Position numbers and translations under genes: made by a program. A stretch of 64,000 nt of DNA from a virus. The stretch lies in IMG/VR virus record IMGVR_UViG_3300037311_000293; one strand, given 5' to 3'. Positions 1-9,628 of this stretch are shown in pieces (the first letter of the stretch is position 1; every line of letters begins with the position of its first letter). The notes beneath the pieces are model-generated. The model saw nothing but the letters and a program-made list of their open reading frames with translations, was not told the origin of the DNA and did not search any database.

Positions 1-2
1 TC

Positions 3-59
3 GAGATGACCATCATCAACGCCAACGAGCTCTTCGGGCCGCCCGAGAGCGAAGGATGA
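3..59 (+). CDS. C-terminal fragment of an upstream gene (partial)
   Basis: Open frame EMTIINANELFGPPESEG* ends just before a terminator hairpin. Confidence 0.4.
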   Translation, partial: EMTIINANELFGPPESEG

Positions 60-63
60 AGCC

Positions 64-95
64 AGAAGAGGGGGGGGGCGCCCCTCTTCTTTTGC
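64..95. terminator. Intrinsic terminator between convergent genes
   Basis: AGAAGAGGGG/CCCCTCTTCT stem followed by TTTGC. Confidence 0.75.
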
Positions 96-959
96 TCATG
101 TGGCGAAGCGGTCGATCCCGCGTTCGAGAGCTCGCTTGGACGCTGCGACTACGGGACCGACACCGGGTACGGGCACGGCAGCAAGGGGGATTTGTTCGGG
201 GTTACGGATCAACATGCGACCGGCCTTTCGGACCAGCTTCTTTGGTCCCGGAGACCACGACGCCGTTGATGTGTTCAGCTTCCGCTCAAGAGGCGCCTCG
301 ACCTTGCGTACTGCGCGAGTGACGCCTTTCTCGAGTTGTGCGAGCTCTTGTGGGCTCCTGGACTTCATGAAGAGCGTGGGGGTCTTCTTGACGAAACGCC
401 GAACACCCGGGAGCTGCTCGACAGGCGTGGCCCCGAGTCGAACCAAACGCTCGATCAACGCCTGCTTGATGGCGCTGAGCTTCTCGGACTCCTTTTCCGG
501 AAGCGGCGGCCTGGCATAGGCGGCGCGTGGCGGACGGTCTACGCGAGGCCGACTCATGAACGTCCTATACTCATCATCTTCCGATGCCGCGTGTTCGAGC
601 ACACGTTCGGCGAAAGCACGGAACATGTGCTTGTCGGCTTCTGCCGTCTTTTCCCTGATCAGCTTCGGCAGAGACGGCACGACGTCTTGGATGAAGTGCT
701 GCATCACGGAATGCTCCGGGCTCACCTTGTCTCTGTGATCGATGACGTACTTGCCCTCTGGAGTCACGTAGAGATGGGCAGAGTCGTGTGTGATGTCCTG
801 GCGGTACTGCAACACCGCCCCATGCCGCGGCGCGCCCTTGGTACGGATGAACTCCATACCACGGATACGAACGCGCTCCGGCGGCTCCTCCAGGGAACCA
901 GGAAACTTGCCTCGAAGCGGCTTGTCCAGCCAGTTCACCGCAGACTTGTGCATGATCAA
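96..959 (-). CDS. Hypothetical basic protein, possibly virion-associated
   Basis: 287 aa ORF at the end of the structural operon, overlapping the upstream stop. Confidence 0.7.
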   Translation of the reverse strand: MIMHKSAVNWLDKPLRGKFPGSLEEPPERVRIRGMEFIRTKGAPRHGAVLQYRQDITHDSAHLYVTPEGKYVIDHRDKVSPEHSVMQHFIQDVVPSLPKLIREKTAEADKHMFRAFAERVLEHAASEDDEYRTFMSRPRVDRPPRAAYARPPLPEKESEKLSAIKQALIERLVRLGATPVEQLPGVRRFVKKTPTLFMKSRSPQELAQLEKGVTRAVRKVEAPLERKLNTSTASWSPGPKKLVRKAGRMLIRNPEQIPLAAVPVPGVGPVVAASKRALERGIDRFAT

Positions 960-1912
960 CTCGTACGAATGGCGAAATCGATGTTGGGTTCTTGGATCCC
1001 GAACTCGTCTTCCGTCACCAATGCGGGGTCAAGAAGATCCACCACATCTCCGGTGGTCGGGATTGAGATGCGACGCACGAAATCAGTCCCGTCTACGGCG
1101 AGGTCGACGGCGATACCGCGAAGCAGACGGATCTCAGCGTACCCGTTCCGATCCGTGATCATCTCGGCGTAGTGCCTGAACACGCCCCAAGAGCGCCCAG
1201 AAGCCGACACCCGATTGGGGACGAAGATGTTGTGAATGGTCAGCCGCCGCCCTGAGATCGGGCTACCGGACATGTCAGTCAGCCGGACGAAGCACGTGAT
1301 GGTCTGCGACTTCGGTACCGCCTGGGCCCGGCTTGCCGGAAACGGAACGCCAAGACCCGTCGTAGCTGCCGTTGCCGTGTTGATGAACTCGACACGATAC
1401 CAAAACTCCTCCGCAGAGTTTTGATCGGTGTAGAAGTACTCATGCGTCCCGGCCACGAGGGTCGTATCGGTATCTAGGCCCACTGCGGCGTCGCCCTCTG
1501 TGAACCCCAGGAACGGGTTCGCGTCGCCATCGAGGATCTCGATACTTGCAGCGCTACCGGTGGCCGCCGTAGTGAGCCGGAGGCGCCCGGCATCGTCGCT
1601 GGCAACGACTAGCGCCGTGGCCCCTGCGATCGCCGCAATCGTAGAAGCCAGGTCATCGGCAAGAAGCGTGAGGTCGACTTGAGTGACTCCGTTGACGCGA
1701 AAGCTGAATACGCGCCCGGTGACGTCGTGCGGGGTCTCATCGGTGCCCCGCAGCGACGCCGACGCCGCAGCAGGGGCTGTAGCGGCTTCGTAGAGCCCAT
1801 ATTGCCCCGTACGGCTACGCCACCACCGCAAGCGGTTATAGGAAGCCACCGCACCCGTGATGTCGGCGACAAAGTAGCTGTGCTGAATGGGCTCGTTGGT
1901 GACGACGGGCAT
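956..1912 (-). CDS. Putative tail/baseplate structural protein
   Basis: 318 aa, beta-rich Thr/Ala/Gly composition, located in the tail operon. Confidence 0.6.
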   Translation of the reverse strand: MPVVTNEPIQHSYFVADITGAVASYNRLRWWRSRTGQYGLYEAATAPAAASASLRGTDETPHDVTGRVFSFRVNGVTQVDLTLLADDLASTIAAIAGATALVVASDDAGRLRLTTAATGSAASIEILDGDANPFLGFTEGDAAVGLDTDTTLVAGTHEYFYTDQNSAEEFWYRVEFINTATAATTGLGVPFPASRAQAVPKSQTITCFVRLTDMSGSPISGRRLTIHNIFVPNRVSASGRSWGVFRHYAEMITDRNGYAEIRLLRGIAVDLAVDGTDFVRRISIPTTGDVVDLLDPALVTEDEFGIQEPNIDFAIRTS

Positions 1913-1922
1913 GGCCGGAGTA

Positions 1923-3722
1923 TCAGCGGTCGGGACGGAACTGTCTAGGCGGGTCGGGTTGCGGTTCTACGCCCGCGTTATCCGTAGGACGGACAGTACG
2001 TCCCAGGGCCTCACGCGGACGAAAGGCCGAGACTTCAGGGCTGAAGCGGTATCGGATCTCGACGACAGGAGTACCGAAGCTCTCAGAGCTGTCGATACCA
2101 TCGTTGATCCGTACAACTAACTCGAGCTCAGGTGTACCAAACGCTTCAGCACTATCGATCGATACTGGCCTAAGAACTAGGCCGACGACAGGCGTGCCAA
2201 ACGCCTCCGCACTGTCGATCTCTGGAACAACGACGTAGGACTGACTCGCCAGCGTCGGTACACCAAAGGCCTCAGCACTATCGATCCCAGCGGGTTGTAC
2301 TCTGACTTCTCCGACAGCGACCTGTGGCGCGCCAAAGATCTCTGCGCTCGGTATGTCTGCGGGACTTACGTACAGCTCAACCCTAGGCGTGCCAAAGGCT
2401 TCTGCCGAATCGATCGATTGTAGCTCTACATCACGCTGAGCGCTGATCACCGGCGTGCCGAAGGCTTCAGCACTTCCAATCGCCGGCACCTGAAGTACAG
2501 CAACAACGTTCGGCGTACCAAAAGCCTCAATGCTGTCGATCGATCCAGGCTGTAGGGCAACACCGCCGCCGCCTACCACGGCGGTACCAAACGCCTCAGC
2601 GCTATCAATCGAAGCAGGCACCACTACCGCAGCGCCCACCACAACAACAGGCGCGCCGAGTGCCTCAGCAGAAGCGATATCGCCGGGCTCTACCGACAAC
2701 GACAAGGAGGGCGCGCCAAATGCCTCAGCAGAAGCGATCTCCGCAGGGGAAACTACAACGGCGCCAACAGCTACGACGGGAGTACCAAACGCCTCTTCAG
2801 AGTCTACAGATCCAGTAGTGACAGAGATTGATAGCGCAGGAGTACCAAACGCTTCATCTGAATCGATCGATACCGGAACTACGATGTCCTCGGTATCAAT
2901 AATTGCAACACCGAACGCCTCGGCGCTGTCGATCGAATCGGGCTGGATAGTGAGACCACCGGCGTCGATCGTTGGAACCCCAAATGCTTCTTCTGAAGCA
3001 ACGGGATCTGGCGCTACGACAACGGCGCCACGAAGTACTACAGGACTTCCGAACGCCTCGGCACTATCGATCGTGTCACAGAGAACGTTACGAGATACCG
3101 AAGGTGTACCGAATGCTTCGGCACTATCGATCGCTACTGAAGAAACGAAGAGTACGATCGATGCTGTGCCAAACGCTTCGGCGCTGTCGATCGATACCGG
3201 AGAGACGAATAGTACGACCGTTGCTGTGCCGAATGCTTCTTCAGAGGCAATCTCACCGGGCTGAACAAGCTGACCGCCTTGTACAACCTCCGGAGAACCA
3301 AAGGTCTCTTCGGACGCAATGCCGTAGTCGAGCTCAGTGCCGGCGTTGACAGCAGAAGCGTTGATGTCGAAGGAGTTGATCGCTCCAAACGAAGTAGACA
3401 GCGTAATGAACTGCGAACTCGAGGTGTCTACCTCTACAACAGGCGTACCAAAGGCTTCGACGCTATCGATCGCATCGACCGAAATGACAGCAGTTAGTAC
3501 CGGCGTACCAAACGCCTCAGCGGAAGCGATTCCGCCGTCTTGCGTCCCTTGCTGTCCACTACCAATCGCTGCCGTGTTGACCGCAAACGAGTTGACCGCA
3601 CCGGAGCCGGTCTCTCCGTTGAGATCGATGAACTGTTCGGGGCCCGGAGGCGCCCCAACGTCTTCGAGCTCGAGCAATCCGAGTTCGTCCAACGCGCCGT
3701 CGAATAGAAGACGGCGGGCCAT
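1923..3722 (-). CDS. Repeat-rich virion fibre/spike-like protein
   Basis: 599 aa with 22 copies of (I/V)xSxE(A/T/S/I)FG(T/S/V/A)(P/A), one with LG instead of FG; very acidic. Confidence 0.75.
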   Translation of the reverse strand: MARRLLFDGALDELGLLELEDVGAPPGPEQFIDLNGETGSGAVNSFAVNTAAIGSGQQGTQDGGIASAEAFGTPVLTAVISVDAIDSVEAFGTPVVEVDTSSSQFITLSTSFGAINSFDINASAVNAGTELDYGIASEETFGSPEVVQGGQLVQPGEIASEEAFGTATVVLFVSPVSIDSAEAFGTASIVLFVSSVAIDSAEAFGTPSVSRNVLCDTIDSAEAFGSPVVLRGAVVVAPDPVASEEAFGVPTIDAGGLTIQPDSIDSAEAFGVAIIDTEDIVVPVSIDSDEAFGTPALSISVTTGSVDSEEAFGTPVVAVGAVVVSPAEIASAEAFGAPSLSLSVEPGDIASAEALGAPVVVVGAAVVVPASIDSAEAFGTAVVGGGGVALQPGSIDSIEAFGTPNVVAVLQVPAIGSAEAFGTPVISAQRDVELQSIDSAEAFGTPRVELYVSPADIPSAEIFGAPQVAVGEVRVQPAGIDSAEAFGVPTLASQSYVVVPEIDSAEAFGTPVVGLVLRPVSIDSAEAFGTPELELVVRINDGIDSSESFGTPVVEIRYRFSPEVSAFRPREALGRTVRPTDNAGVEPQPDPPRQFRPDR

Positions 3723-4531
3723 CAGAACTCATCCACCAGCAAGGCGCCAGACGCCTGCGCGTTACCGCCAGCCATGATTGCGATCGGGAACAAGCAGGCA
3801 TCCGTGGGAACCACGGGTACACCACCAAACGTATTGCCCGTAATGAAGCCCGCAGCGGAAAGCACACTGCTGCTGTCGGACACAGCGATCACATACAGAG
3901 GCTTGAACAGCGTGACGCCGAAGTTTCCTACGGTTCCGGTGGATGCCGTCGTCGTGACCGACTCGACGGAAAGAACCCCGAGATCACCCCCTTGGTACGG
4001 CAGGATGAACATCCGATGGAGTTCGCGGAAACCGGTTCCACCAAAGACGAGCGGCGGCGTCACGCGCCCGCTGTTGCCCAGATGGTCCGTGTACGATGCA
4101 CTGATCGTAGACCCAGTGGCTCCTACGGCTGTGTAGACCGTAATGCCGATCATTACACCAATACCGTCAGTAGAACGGGTCAACGCCGGGGTCGGTAGAT
4201 TCGCTATCTGAGCGCCAATCGCGGCTCCGCTGAGACCACCGCTGTGGGCAAGTCGATCAGCAATGATGTAGCTACCAGGCACCACGCTGTTCAAACGGGC
4301 GCCAACGATTCCTGTCTCCAACCCACCGCTGGCGTTGAACTTCACCAGCGCTGCGTCATTGGTGATCGTGGGTACCACGGCCGCAGTTGGTGTGTCCCCG
4401 ACAGGAGCGAGTGTCTTCCAGCAATCGTACGTGCGGCCTTGGATCGCGACAGTACTGCCGATGTTCACGGGGGCGAACTGCCGCTGATCCTGTAGTGCCT
4501 GCTTGTAGGCGTCGAGATCAACTAGCGGCAT
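3722..4531 (-). CDS. Putative virion structural protein, paralogue of 4533-5369
   Basis: Start re-called at MPLVDLD; shares DRLxHxGGLSG and STGTxGxFGVT motifs with its neighbour. Confidence 0.7.
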   Translation of the reverse strand: MPLVDLDAYKQALQDQRQFAPVNIGSTVAIQGRTYDCWKTLAPVGDTPTAAVVPTITNDAALVKFNASGGLETGIVGARLNSVVPGSYIIADRLAHSGGLSGAAIGAQIANLPTPALTRSTDGIGVMIGITVYTAVGATGSTISASYTDHLGNSGRVTPPLVFGGTGFRELHRMFILPYQGGDLGVLSVESVTTTASTGTVGNFGVTLFKPLYVIAVSDSSSVLSAAGFITGNTFGGVPVVPTDACLFPIAIMAGGNAQASGALLVDEF

Positions 4532-4532
4532 G

Positions 4533-5369
4533 TCACTTCTCCACGAGCGAGATGCCACCAAACACATCGGGCGCCACGGTCGACGACGGTACCCAAAGAA
4601 ACGAGATACAGGCGTCACTATCGATCGTGGGGATACCGGGGAGCCCGGTTACGTAGTCTCGCCACCCAGGAGCACCGCCGGTTCCGACGCCGATGTATCC
4701 CAAGACCTTTCCGACGGTGACACCAAACGAACCCGCCGTTCCCGTCGAAACGCCAAGGTCTACGTCGGTGACGCCCTGGACACCGCTATCCCCGGAAGCC
4801 AGCGGCAGGAAGATGGCTCGGGTGGCTTCACGGTTGTTGGTGCCGCCAAAGGCAACCGCAGGAGTGACTGCGGGATTGCCGGCTTGGTTGGTGTAGTTCG
4901 CGATGATTGTAGTCGCCGTTGTGCCGATCTGCGTGTAGATCTCGACGAACATGAAGTTGCCGAGCCCGCCGGTGTTGCGCGTCAGCGTGCCGCCCACCGT
5001 CTGCGCAGTGGCAACGGTGCCACTGAGGCCACCGTTGTGAAGAAGCCGGTCATAGACGATCAGTGTTCCACCGACCAGTGCGGTACCCCAGGCCTGGATC
5101 AGATGGAGCTCGCGCCCACCGCCGGGGTTCGTGAACGGCAGAGCACCTGCGGTCGCTGAAGTCGGCACCGCTGCGGCACCCGGAACCACTCCGGCTGTGC
5201 ACGGAGCACCGTCGTAGCGCCACAGCGAGATAGGCCGGCCCAAAATGGTAGCTGGAGCTGCGGCTCCGCCGACGCGTGAGGTCTTCATAAAGAAGTGCGT
5301 CTGCGGCGCCGCGGCCCCACCGCCCGTGGCCAGATTGATCAGGTCAGAGAGGTCTGTGAGCGCCGCCAT
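4533..5369 (-). CDS. Putative virion structural protein
   Basis: 278 aa Gly/Thr/Ala-rich; tandem paralogue of the downstream gene. Confidence 0.7.
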   Translation of the reverse strand: MAALTDLSDLINLATGGGAAAPQTHFFMKTSRVGGAAAPATILGRPISLWRYDGAPCTAGVVPGAAAVPTSATAGALPFTNPGGGRELHLIQAWGTALVGGTLIVYDRLLHNGGLSGTVATAQTVGGTLTRNTGGLGNFMFVEIYTQIGTTATTIIANYTNQAGNPAVTPAVAFGGTNNREATRAIFLPLASGDSGVQGVTDVDLGVSTGTAGSFGVTVGKVLGYIGVGTGGAPGWRDYVTGLPGIPTIDSDACISFLWVPSSTVAPDVFGGISLVEK

Positions 5370-5370
5370 G

Positions 5371-7272
5371 TCACCACCGAATCGGTACGGCGAGCTCGGT
5401 CAGCGTTGCAGCGCTACCGGTACGCACGAGGTTGTTGGCACCGTCGACGGGAGTCCATGCGCCGCCATTCGGGTTCGAGCCGGCTACGACGGCCCAGGCT
5501 TCTTGCGAAGCCGGCATCTGCGGGTCTGGAACGAAGCGGCCGGCGTCGAGGCATGCCCGATACCAAGCCAACGCCAAGTCGTTGCTCATGGTGTCCAGGT
5601 GAAAGGCAGCGCCATAGATCAAAGATTCCTCTGCGGCATTACTGGCGCCGGCTCCACCAACCGAGCCGCCAACAGCAAAGCCAGTACCCGACGTGTACGC
5701 ACCGGTTGCGTGTGTTGCCGTGTCACCAAAGGTACCCGCGACCCACAATGTTCCAACGCCGTCGTTGAAGTGGGCGATTGCGTGAATCACACGCGCGGCT
5801 TGTTCTTGCGGAACAACCGTTAGTTGTCGCAATACCGCACCGCTGTCGACCCAGTAGAACGTCACCGAGATCCCGTCGTATGCGATTGCTGCACCGCCGG
5901 TCAAAAACTCACCAGCCGTGCTCACTATGCGGCGAAGGTCGCCGTGTTCGACCCGAGTGCCGAAGGCTGCGGAGAGCGTCCATTGTGTCTGGCTTGCCAG
6001 AGGATCACCGCCGCTGCGCTCGTAGTAGTCGCGATCGCCTGCGGCCGCTCCCGTAGCAAAGTTCGTCAGGCCTGTGATGCGCCTCGGAAAGCCGACAATG
6101 GTAGCCCCGTCTCTCGCGAAGAGCTCGGTATCGCGGATGGCGCCATAGGTCAGCAGCGTCGGACCGCTGGTCTCTCGAGCACCACGAATGTCGGGAGAAG
6201 TGGTACTCCCACCAATCTGACCGCCGACCTTCACCGAGGTAGCTGCGGGATCGCCATTCAGCACCAGCCCGGCGTAGCGGTCATCTACGACACTCAGCGA
6301 CCCCACGAGCGTGAGGTCGTTAGATCCGATGGCATCCTCGAGCGTGGAGGAGACGGCGCCCAGAGACAGGTCAGCAAAACTCCAACGCGAGGTGAACGAG
6401 CTGTCAGGAAGATCACCTTGAGCCAAGAACGTGCGAAGGATCTCTTCATGCTCGGAGTCGGAAAGAACGCCATCGGTTTTGGCTGCCAGACCAACAAGCG
6501 TCGCCGTTTCCATTCCGCCGCTTGTCGCCGAACCACCAGGACGTCCGACGCGGAACGGATTGGTGCTCGGGGTGTAACCCGTCATTGCTGCCGAAAACAA
6601 CGTCTGGCCGCCGAGCTTCAAAAATCGAGTGGTCCCGTTGAACCCCATCGAAATCGGAATCAGCCCTTTCTTGAAGGTCACCCCAAGCAACCACTCCTGC
6701 ACGAAGTTGCTGAGGAAGTTGCTACTTCCGTCCGTGATCGTGTGCTTGGGGCGCGTGCCCTCGAACCAGAGGTGATAGCCCGGACCCACGAACTCCGCCG
6801 CAGTCGACGCGATGTACCCAGACACCACGAGGGCGCCTCGATTGATGTCGTCAACGATCACAACACCGTAGATCTCAAAGCCTGGCGTGGCATTGCCATC
6901 CAGGTCTCCGCCAGCAGCGCGCTCCAAGTAGTTGGATAGTGAGAAGCCTCGGATGCCTCGGATGCCTCGGCTCGCCTCGAAGCGCGTCAGGGTTCCTGCC
7001 GTAAGGCGGAGTTGAACTGGCGTCCCGGCGGCGAAGCCAGCGGCAACGGTTCCCTGCTGACCGCGCACGATCGTGAGGACGTCACCACTACGCGCGGTGA
7101 CACGTACGATCTCGACGTTTACGCCGTCGTCCAATGTGATGTGGAAGTAGTCACCGCCGGAGGGCGCCGGGAACAACGCGCCCTCACCTGTCGCTACGGT
7201 GAGAGACAGGTCTCCGGCAAGAATGCTCGAGTCCAGCGTCGAAGACGCGTTGTTCGCGAAAAGTTCCGGCAT
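5371..7272 (-). CDS. Tail fibre / receptor-binding protein
   Basis: N-terminal FANNASSTL...EIVRVTARSGDVLTIVRGQQGT phage fibre anchor, followed by two related lectin-like beta domains. Confidence 0.75.
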   Translation of the reverse strand: MPELFANNASSTLDSSILAGDLSLTVATGEGALFPAPSGGDYFHITLDDGVNVEIVRVTARSGDVLTIVRGQQGTVAAGFAAGTPVQLRLTAGTLTRFEASRGIRGIRGFSLSNYLERAAGGDLDGNATPGFEIYGVVIVDDINRGALVVSGYIASTAAEFVGPGYHLWFEGTRPKHTITDGSSNFLSNFVQEWLLGVTFKKGLIPISMGFNGTTRFLKLGGQTLFSAAMTGYTPSTNPFRVGRPGGSATSGGMETATLVGLAAKTDGVLSDSEHEEILRTFLAQGDLPDSSFTSRWSFADLSLGAVSSTLEDAIGSNDLTLVGSLSVVDDRYAGLVLNGDPAATSVKVGGQIGGSTTSPDIRGARETSGPTLLTYGAIRDTELFARDGATIVGFPRRITGLTNFATGAAAGDRDYYERSGGDPLASQTQWTLSAAFGTRVEHGDLRRIVSTAGEFLTGGAAIAYDGISVTFYWVDSGAVLRQLTVVPQEQAARVIHAIAHFNDGVGTLWVAGTFGDTATHATGAYTSGTGFAVGGSVGGAGASNAAEESLIYGAAFHLDTMSNDLALAWYRACLDAGRFVPDPQMPASQEAWAVVAGSNPNGGAWTPVDGANNLVRTGSAATLTELAVPIRW

Positions 7273-7278
7273 AACGCC

Positions 7279-7686
7279 TCACAGACGGAAGATGCGGTTT
7301 GCTCCAGCGGACCACTGGACCGTGATGTCACCACCATTCGGCGTGACCGGTAGCCCAGTCGCCGTGTCGATGTATGCGATCAACCGACTGGTCGCCGCAA
7401 CACCGGTGTCTTGGTACAACACCACGGCTTCCACTGTGGCACCGGATACCGTGGGGAACGTGACATCTGCGGCGTCAGCGACACCGTCGGTTGTCGTCTT
7501 GGATGCCAGGTTCGCTGATGTCGCGACGATCGCGCCACCTGGAATGTCGTCAAGGAACTGATCGGTGTCGAGGTTGACGGTGTAGAGAGCCGTATCGACG
7601 AGGATCGCCTTGATGTCGTCCGTGTTCCAAGAGATCTCTCCGCGAAGGAAAGACTCTCGTCCGTTGTCGTAAAGTGCATTGGCCAT
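7279..7686 (-). CDS. Small phage tail-associated protein
   Basis: MANALYDNG...DDIKAILVD...TPNGGDITVQW, a pattern recalled from phage tail proteins; SD present. Confidence 0.7.
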   Translation of the reverse strand: MANALYDNGRESFLRGEISWNTDDIKAILVDTALYTVNLDTDQFLDDIPGGAIVATSANLASKTTTDGVADAADVTFPTVSGATVEAVVLYQDTGVAATSRLIAYIDTATGLPVTPNGGDITVQWSAGANRIFRL

Positions 7687-7714
7687 GGGTGTCTCCTACT
7701 GGATGATAGAACGT

Positions 7715-8539
7715 TCACAGGCTCTTCAGGAACCGCGAGGCGTAACCGTTCTTGCGGATGCCGAACACCCACTTCGAAGACCAGAAACGAATCTCGACGG
7801 GGCGATACTCCAGTGCAGCGGCAAACGCGATCTCCATGGCCTTCTCCGGACGGTGCCCCGGCCAGCTCTGATCGTAAGCCGCAAGCCCACACGCCAGCTT
7901 GACGTCACGCCCAGAAGCCTTGACGAGCGCCGACGCTCGATCGAGAGTCAGGCGCTGCATACCCCCGGGACCGTACTTGCTGTTCCATGGGATCTGGCCG
8001 TTGGTGCGGTTCCGTACACTGTAGGCCTGCGGAAGAACGCGGTGCATGTGACTGGCGACGTCGTTCTCCCTGCTGTTTTCGACGTGGTAGGGATACGTCG
8101 TGAGCTCTGACCGGCAGTCGATCGTGGTGCTCAGCTTCTTGACCAACTCGACGAGACGGTCGCCGGCCTTGTCGAGGTTCTTGAAGCCGCGAACCTTCTT
8201 CGGCAGCCAGTTGCCTTCGGCGTCGAACTCCAAGGCACTGGCACCGGCCGCGATGAGGTAGTCCTCGATGTTGGCCTCGAAGCTGGCCATGTATTCGATG
8301 TCGGGCTCCGGCCACACCGTCAAAACGACCTCGACATCAGCCTTCATGGCATAGGTGCGGAAGCGATAGAGCTGGTCGATCTGATAACGAGGATCGAAGC
8401 GACCACCAATGGGCTCCAACATCAGAGCGACTGTCTTGATCTTATGATCGACGATCTTGTCCCAGAACGCCGGTTTCAGCACGTCGCTCAACGGATCATC
8501 GACCCAAATACCGATTCGAGTGTTCATCACGATCTCCAT
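7715..8539 (-). CDS. Hypothetical TIM-barrel glycoside hydrolase-like protein (lysin candidate)
   Basis: 274 aa with alternating beta/alpha pattern and LEFDAEG (DxE) motif. Confidence 0.4.
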   Translation of the reverse strand: MEIVMNTRIGIWVDDPLSDVLKPAFWDKIVDHKIKTVALMLEPIGGRFDPRYQIDQLYRFRTYAMKADVEVVLTVWPEPDIEYMASFEANIEDYLIAAGASALEFDAEGNWLPKKVRGFKNLDKAGDRLVELVKKLSTTIDCRSELTTYPYHVENSRENDVASHMHRVLPQAYSVRNRTNGQIPWNSKYGPGGMQRLTLDRASALVKASGRDVKLACGLAAYDQSWPGHRPEKAMEIAFAAALEYRPVEIRFWSSKWVFGIRKNGYASRFLKSL

Positions 8540-8554
8540 GCAAAAGAAGAGGCC

Positions 8555-8788
8555 CTAGGCCCCTTCTCCCGTGAGGAAGCTCTGGATGTCGTCGATGACG
8601 AGCACCCGGGCTTCGGCTGTGTTGCTTCTTGCGAGTCTCTCGGACCCCGTTCGGCCGCGCAAAACCGACTTCATGAAGTCGATCTCGTTTTGGACCTTCT
8701 CCTCTTCCTGATCCGCCCATTCGTCGAGAGCTTCCTTGAGCTCGTCGAGGATTTCATTGCGGCGCTCGGTATCGGATTGCGCGGTCAT
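8555..8788 (-). CDS. Hypothetical coiled-coil protein
   Basis: 77 aa, tightly packed in the operon. Confidence 0.7.
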   Translation of the reverse strand: MTAQSDTERRNEILDELKEALDEWADQEEEKVQNEIDFMKSVLRGRTGSERLARSNTAEARVLVIDDIQSFLTGEGA

Positions 8789-8789
8789 C

Positions 8790-9605
8790 TCAGCGTCCCT
8801 TGATGATCGGAGCCAGCTTGTTCTCGACGAGGCGCTTGATACGGTAGGCCTTGTGCTCCGGCATGTTCAGCTTCTTCGCGATGGCCGCCACGCTCATCTG
8901 ACGCTCGCCTTCCTCGGGGTAGTGCAGTCGAGCGAACTCCTGCTGCTCCGGCGTGAGCTGCGACTTCATCAACATGAACGCTGAACGTGCCTGTTGAAGC
9001 GGTGACTCCGCTGAGATGTCGTGCTCCAGATCGGCCCCCATGTCAGTGAAGACCTCGGCCCCGAACCCGCGCTGCATCTTCTTGATCGAGCGCGCGCCCC
9101 AGCCGAGCTGCTGTTGCAGCTCCTGTGTCGTCGGCTCGCGGCCGTGTGTCTCCTTGAACTCGGCAACCGCGTTCTGGAAGGCGCCGTACCGCTCTACGTC
9201 GGCCTTCGGCATGTACTTGGTGTTGCGGTTCTGCGCGACGAAGTCGGTGACACGCATGAAGTTGTTGACCACGTGAGTCTGAAGCTGTGTGCCGCGTTCC
9301 GGCTTGTAGGTCTCCAGCGCTCGGGTGGCGGCGAGTCGGAGCTGCTGCGTGAGCGCTGGTTTTGAGATCGACCCACCAAGACCAGTAAGCCTCTTGCGTG
9401 CCTCGGCACGGACCAATGGATCCAGGCTCTTGAGCAACGGCCCCAAGAGCTCGGGCTTTCGTCCGGAGCGCTCCCACGCCTCCCAGAGCTGAACCTCCTT
9501 GCCACGCCGACCACGATACTCGTCGTACCGCTGAGCCGACAGCTCGTCCTTGGCGAGCGCGAAGTTGGCTTCCTTCGTGAACTCCTCGACGTCTTTCTTC
9601 TTCAT
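8790..9605 (-). CDS. Phage RNA polymerase sigma factor (sigma70 family, FliA/WhiG-like)
   Basis: Region 2 (LQTHVVNNF), region 3 (HGREPTTQELQQQLG) and region 4 HTH (MSVAAIAKKLNM); start re-called at 9605 behind GGAGG. Confidence 0.85.
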   Translation of the reverse strand: MKKKDVEEFTKEANFALAKDELSAQRYDEYRGRRGKEVQLWEAWERSGRKPELLGPLLKSLDPLVRAEARKRLTGLGGSISKPALTQQLRLAATRALETYKPERGTQLQTHVVNNFMRVTDFVAQNRNTKYMPKADVERYGAFQNAVAEFKETHGREPTTQELQQQLGWGARSIKKMQRGFGAEVFTDMGADLEHDISAESPLQQARSAFMLMKSQLTPEQQEFARLHYPEEGERQMSVAAIAKKLNMPEHKAYRIKRLVENKLAPIIKGR

Positions 9606-9620
9606 CGGTTCCTCCACGAA

Positions 9621-9628
9621 CTGATAGG
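9621..9628 (-). promoter_or_regulatory. CCTATCAG motif upstream of the sigma gene SD
   Basis: CCTATCAG-ttcgtg-GAGGA-accg-ATG. Confidence 0.6.

Noticed and set aside
70-78. G9 run as a phase-variable tract or G-quadruplex
   Set aside because: It lies in a terminator stem-loop, not in a coding or promoter region.
1923-3722. Periodic DNA repeats resembling a CRISPR array
   Set aside because: The repeats are degenerate at third codon positions inside one ORF, and no cas genes are present.
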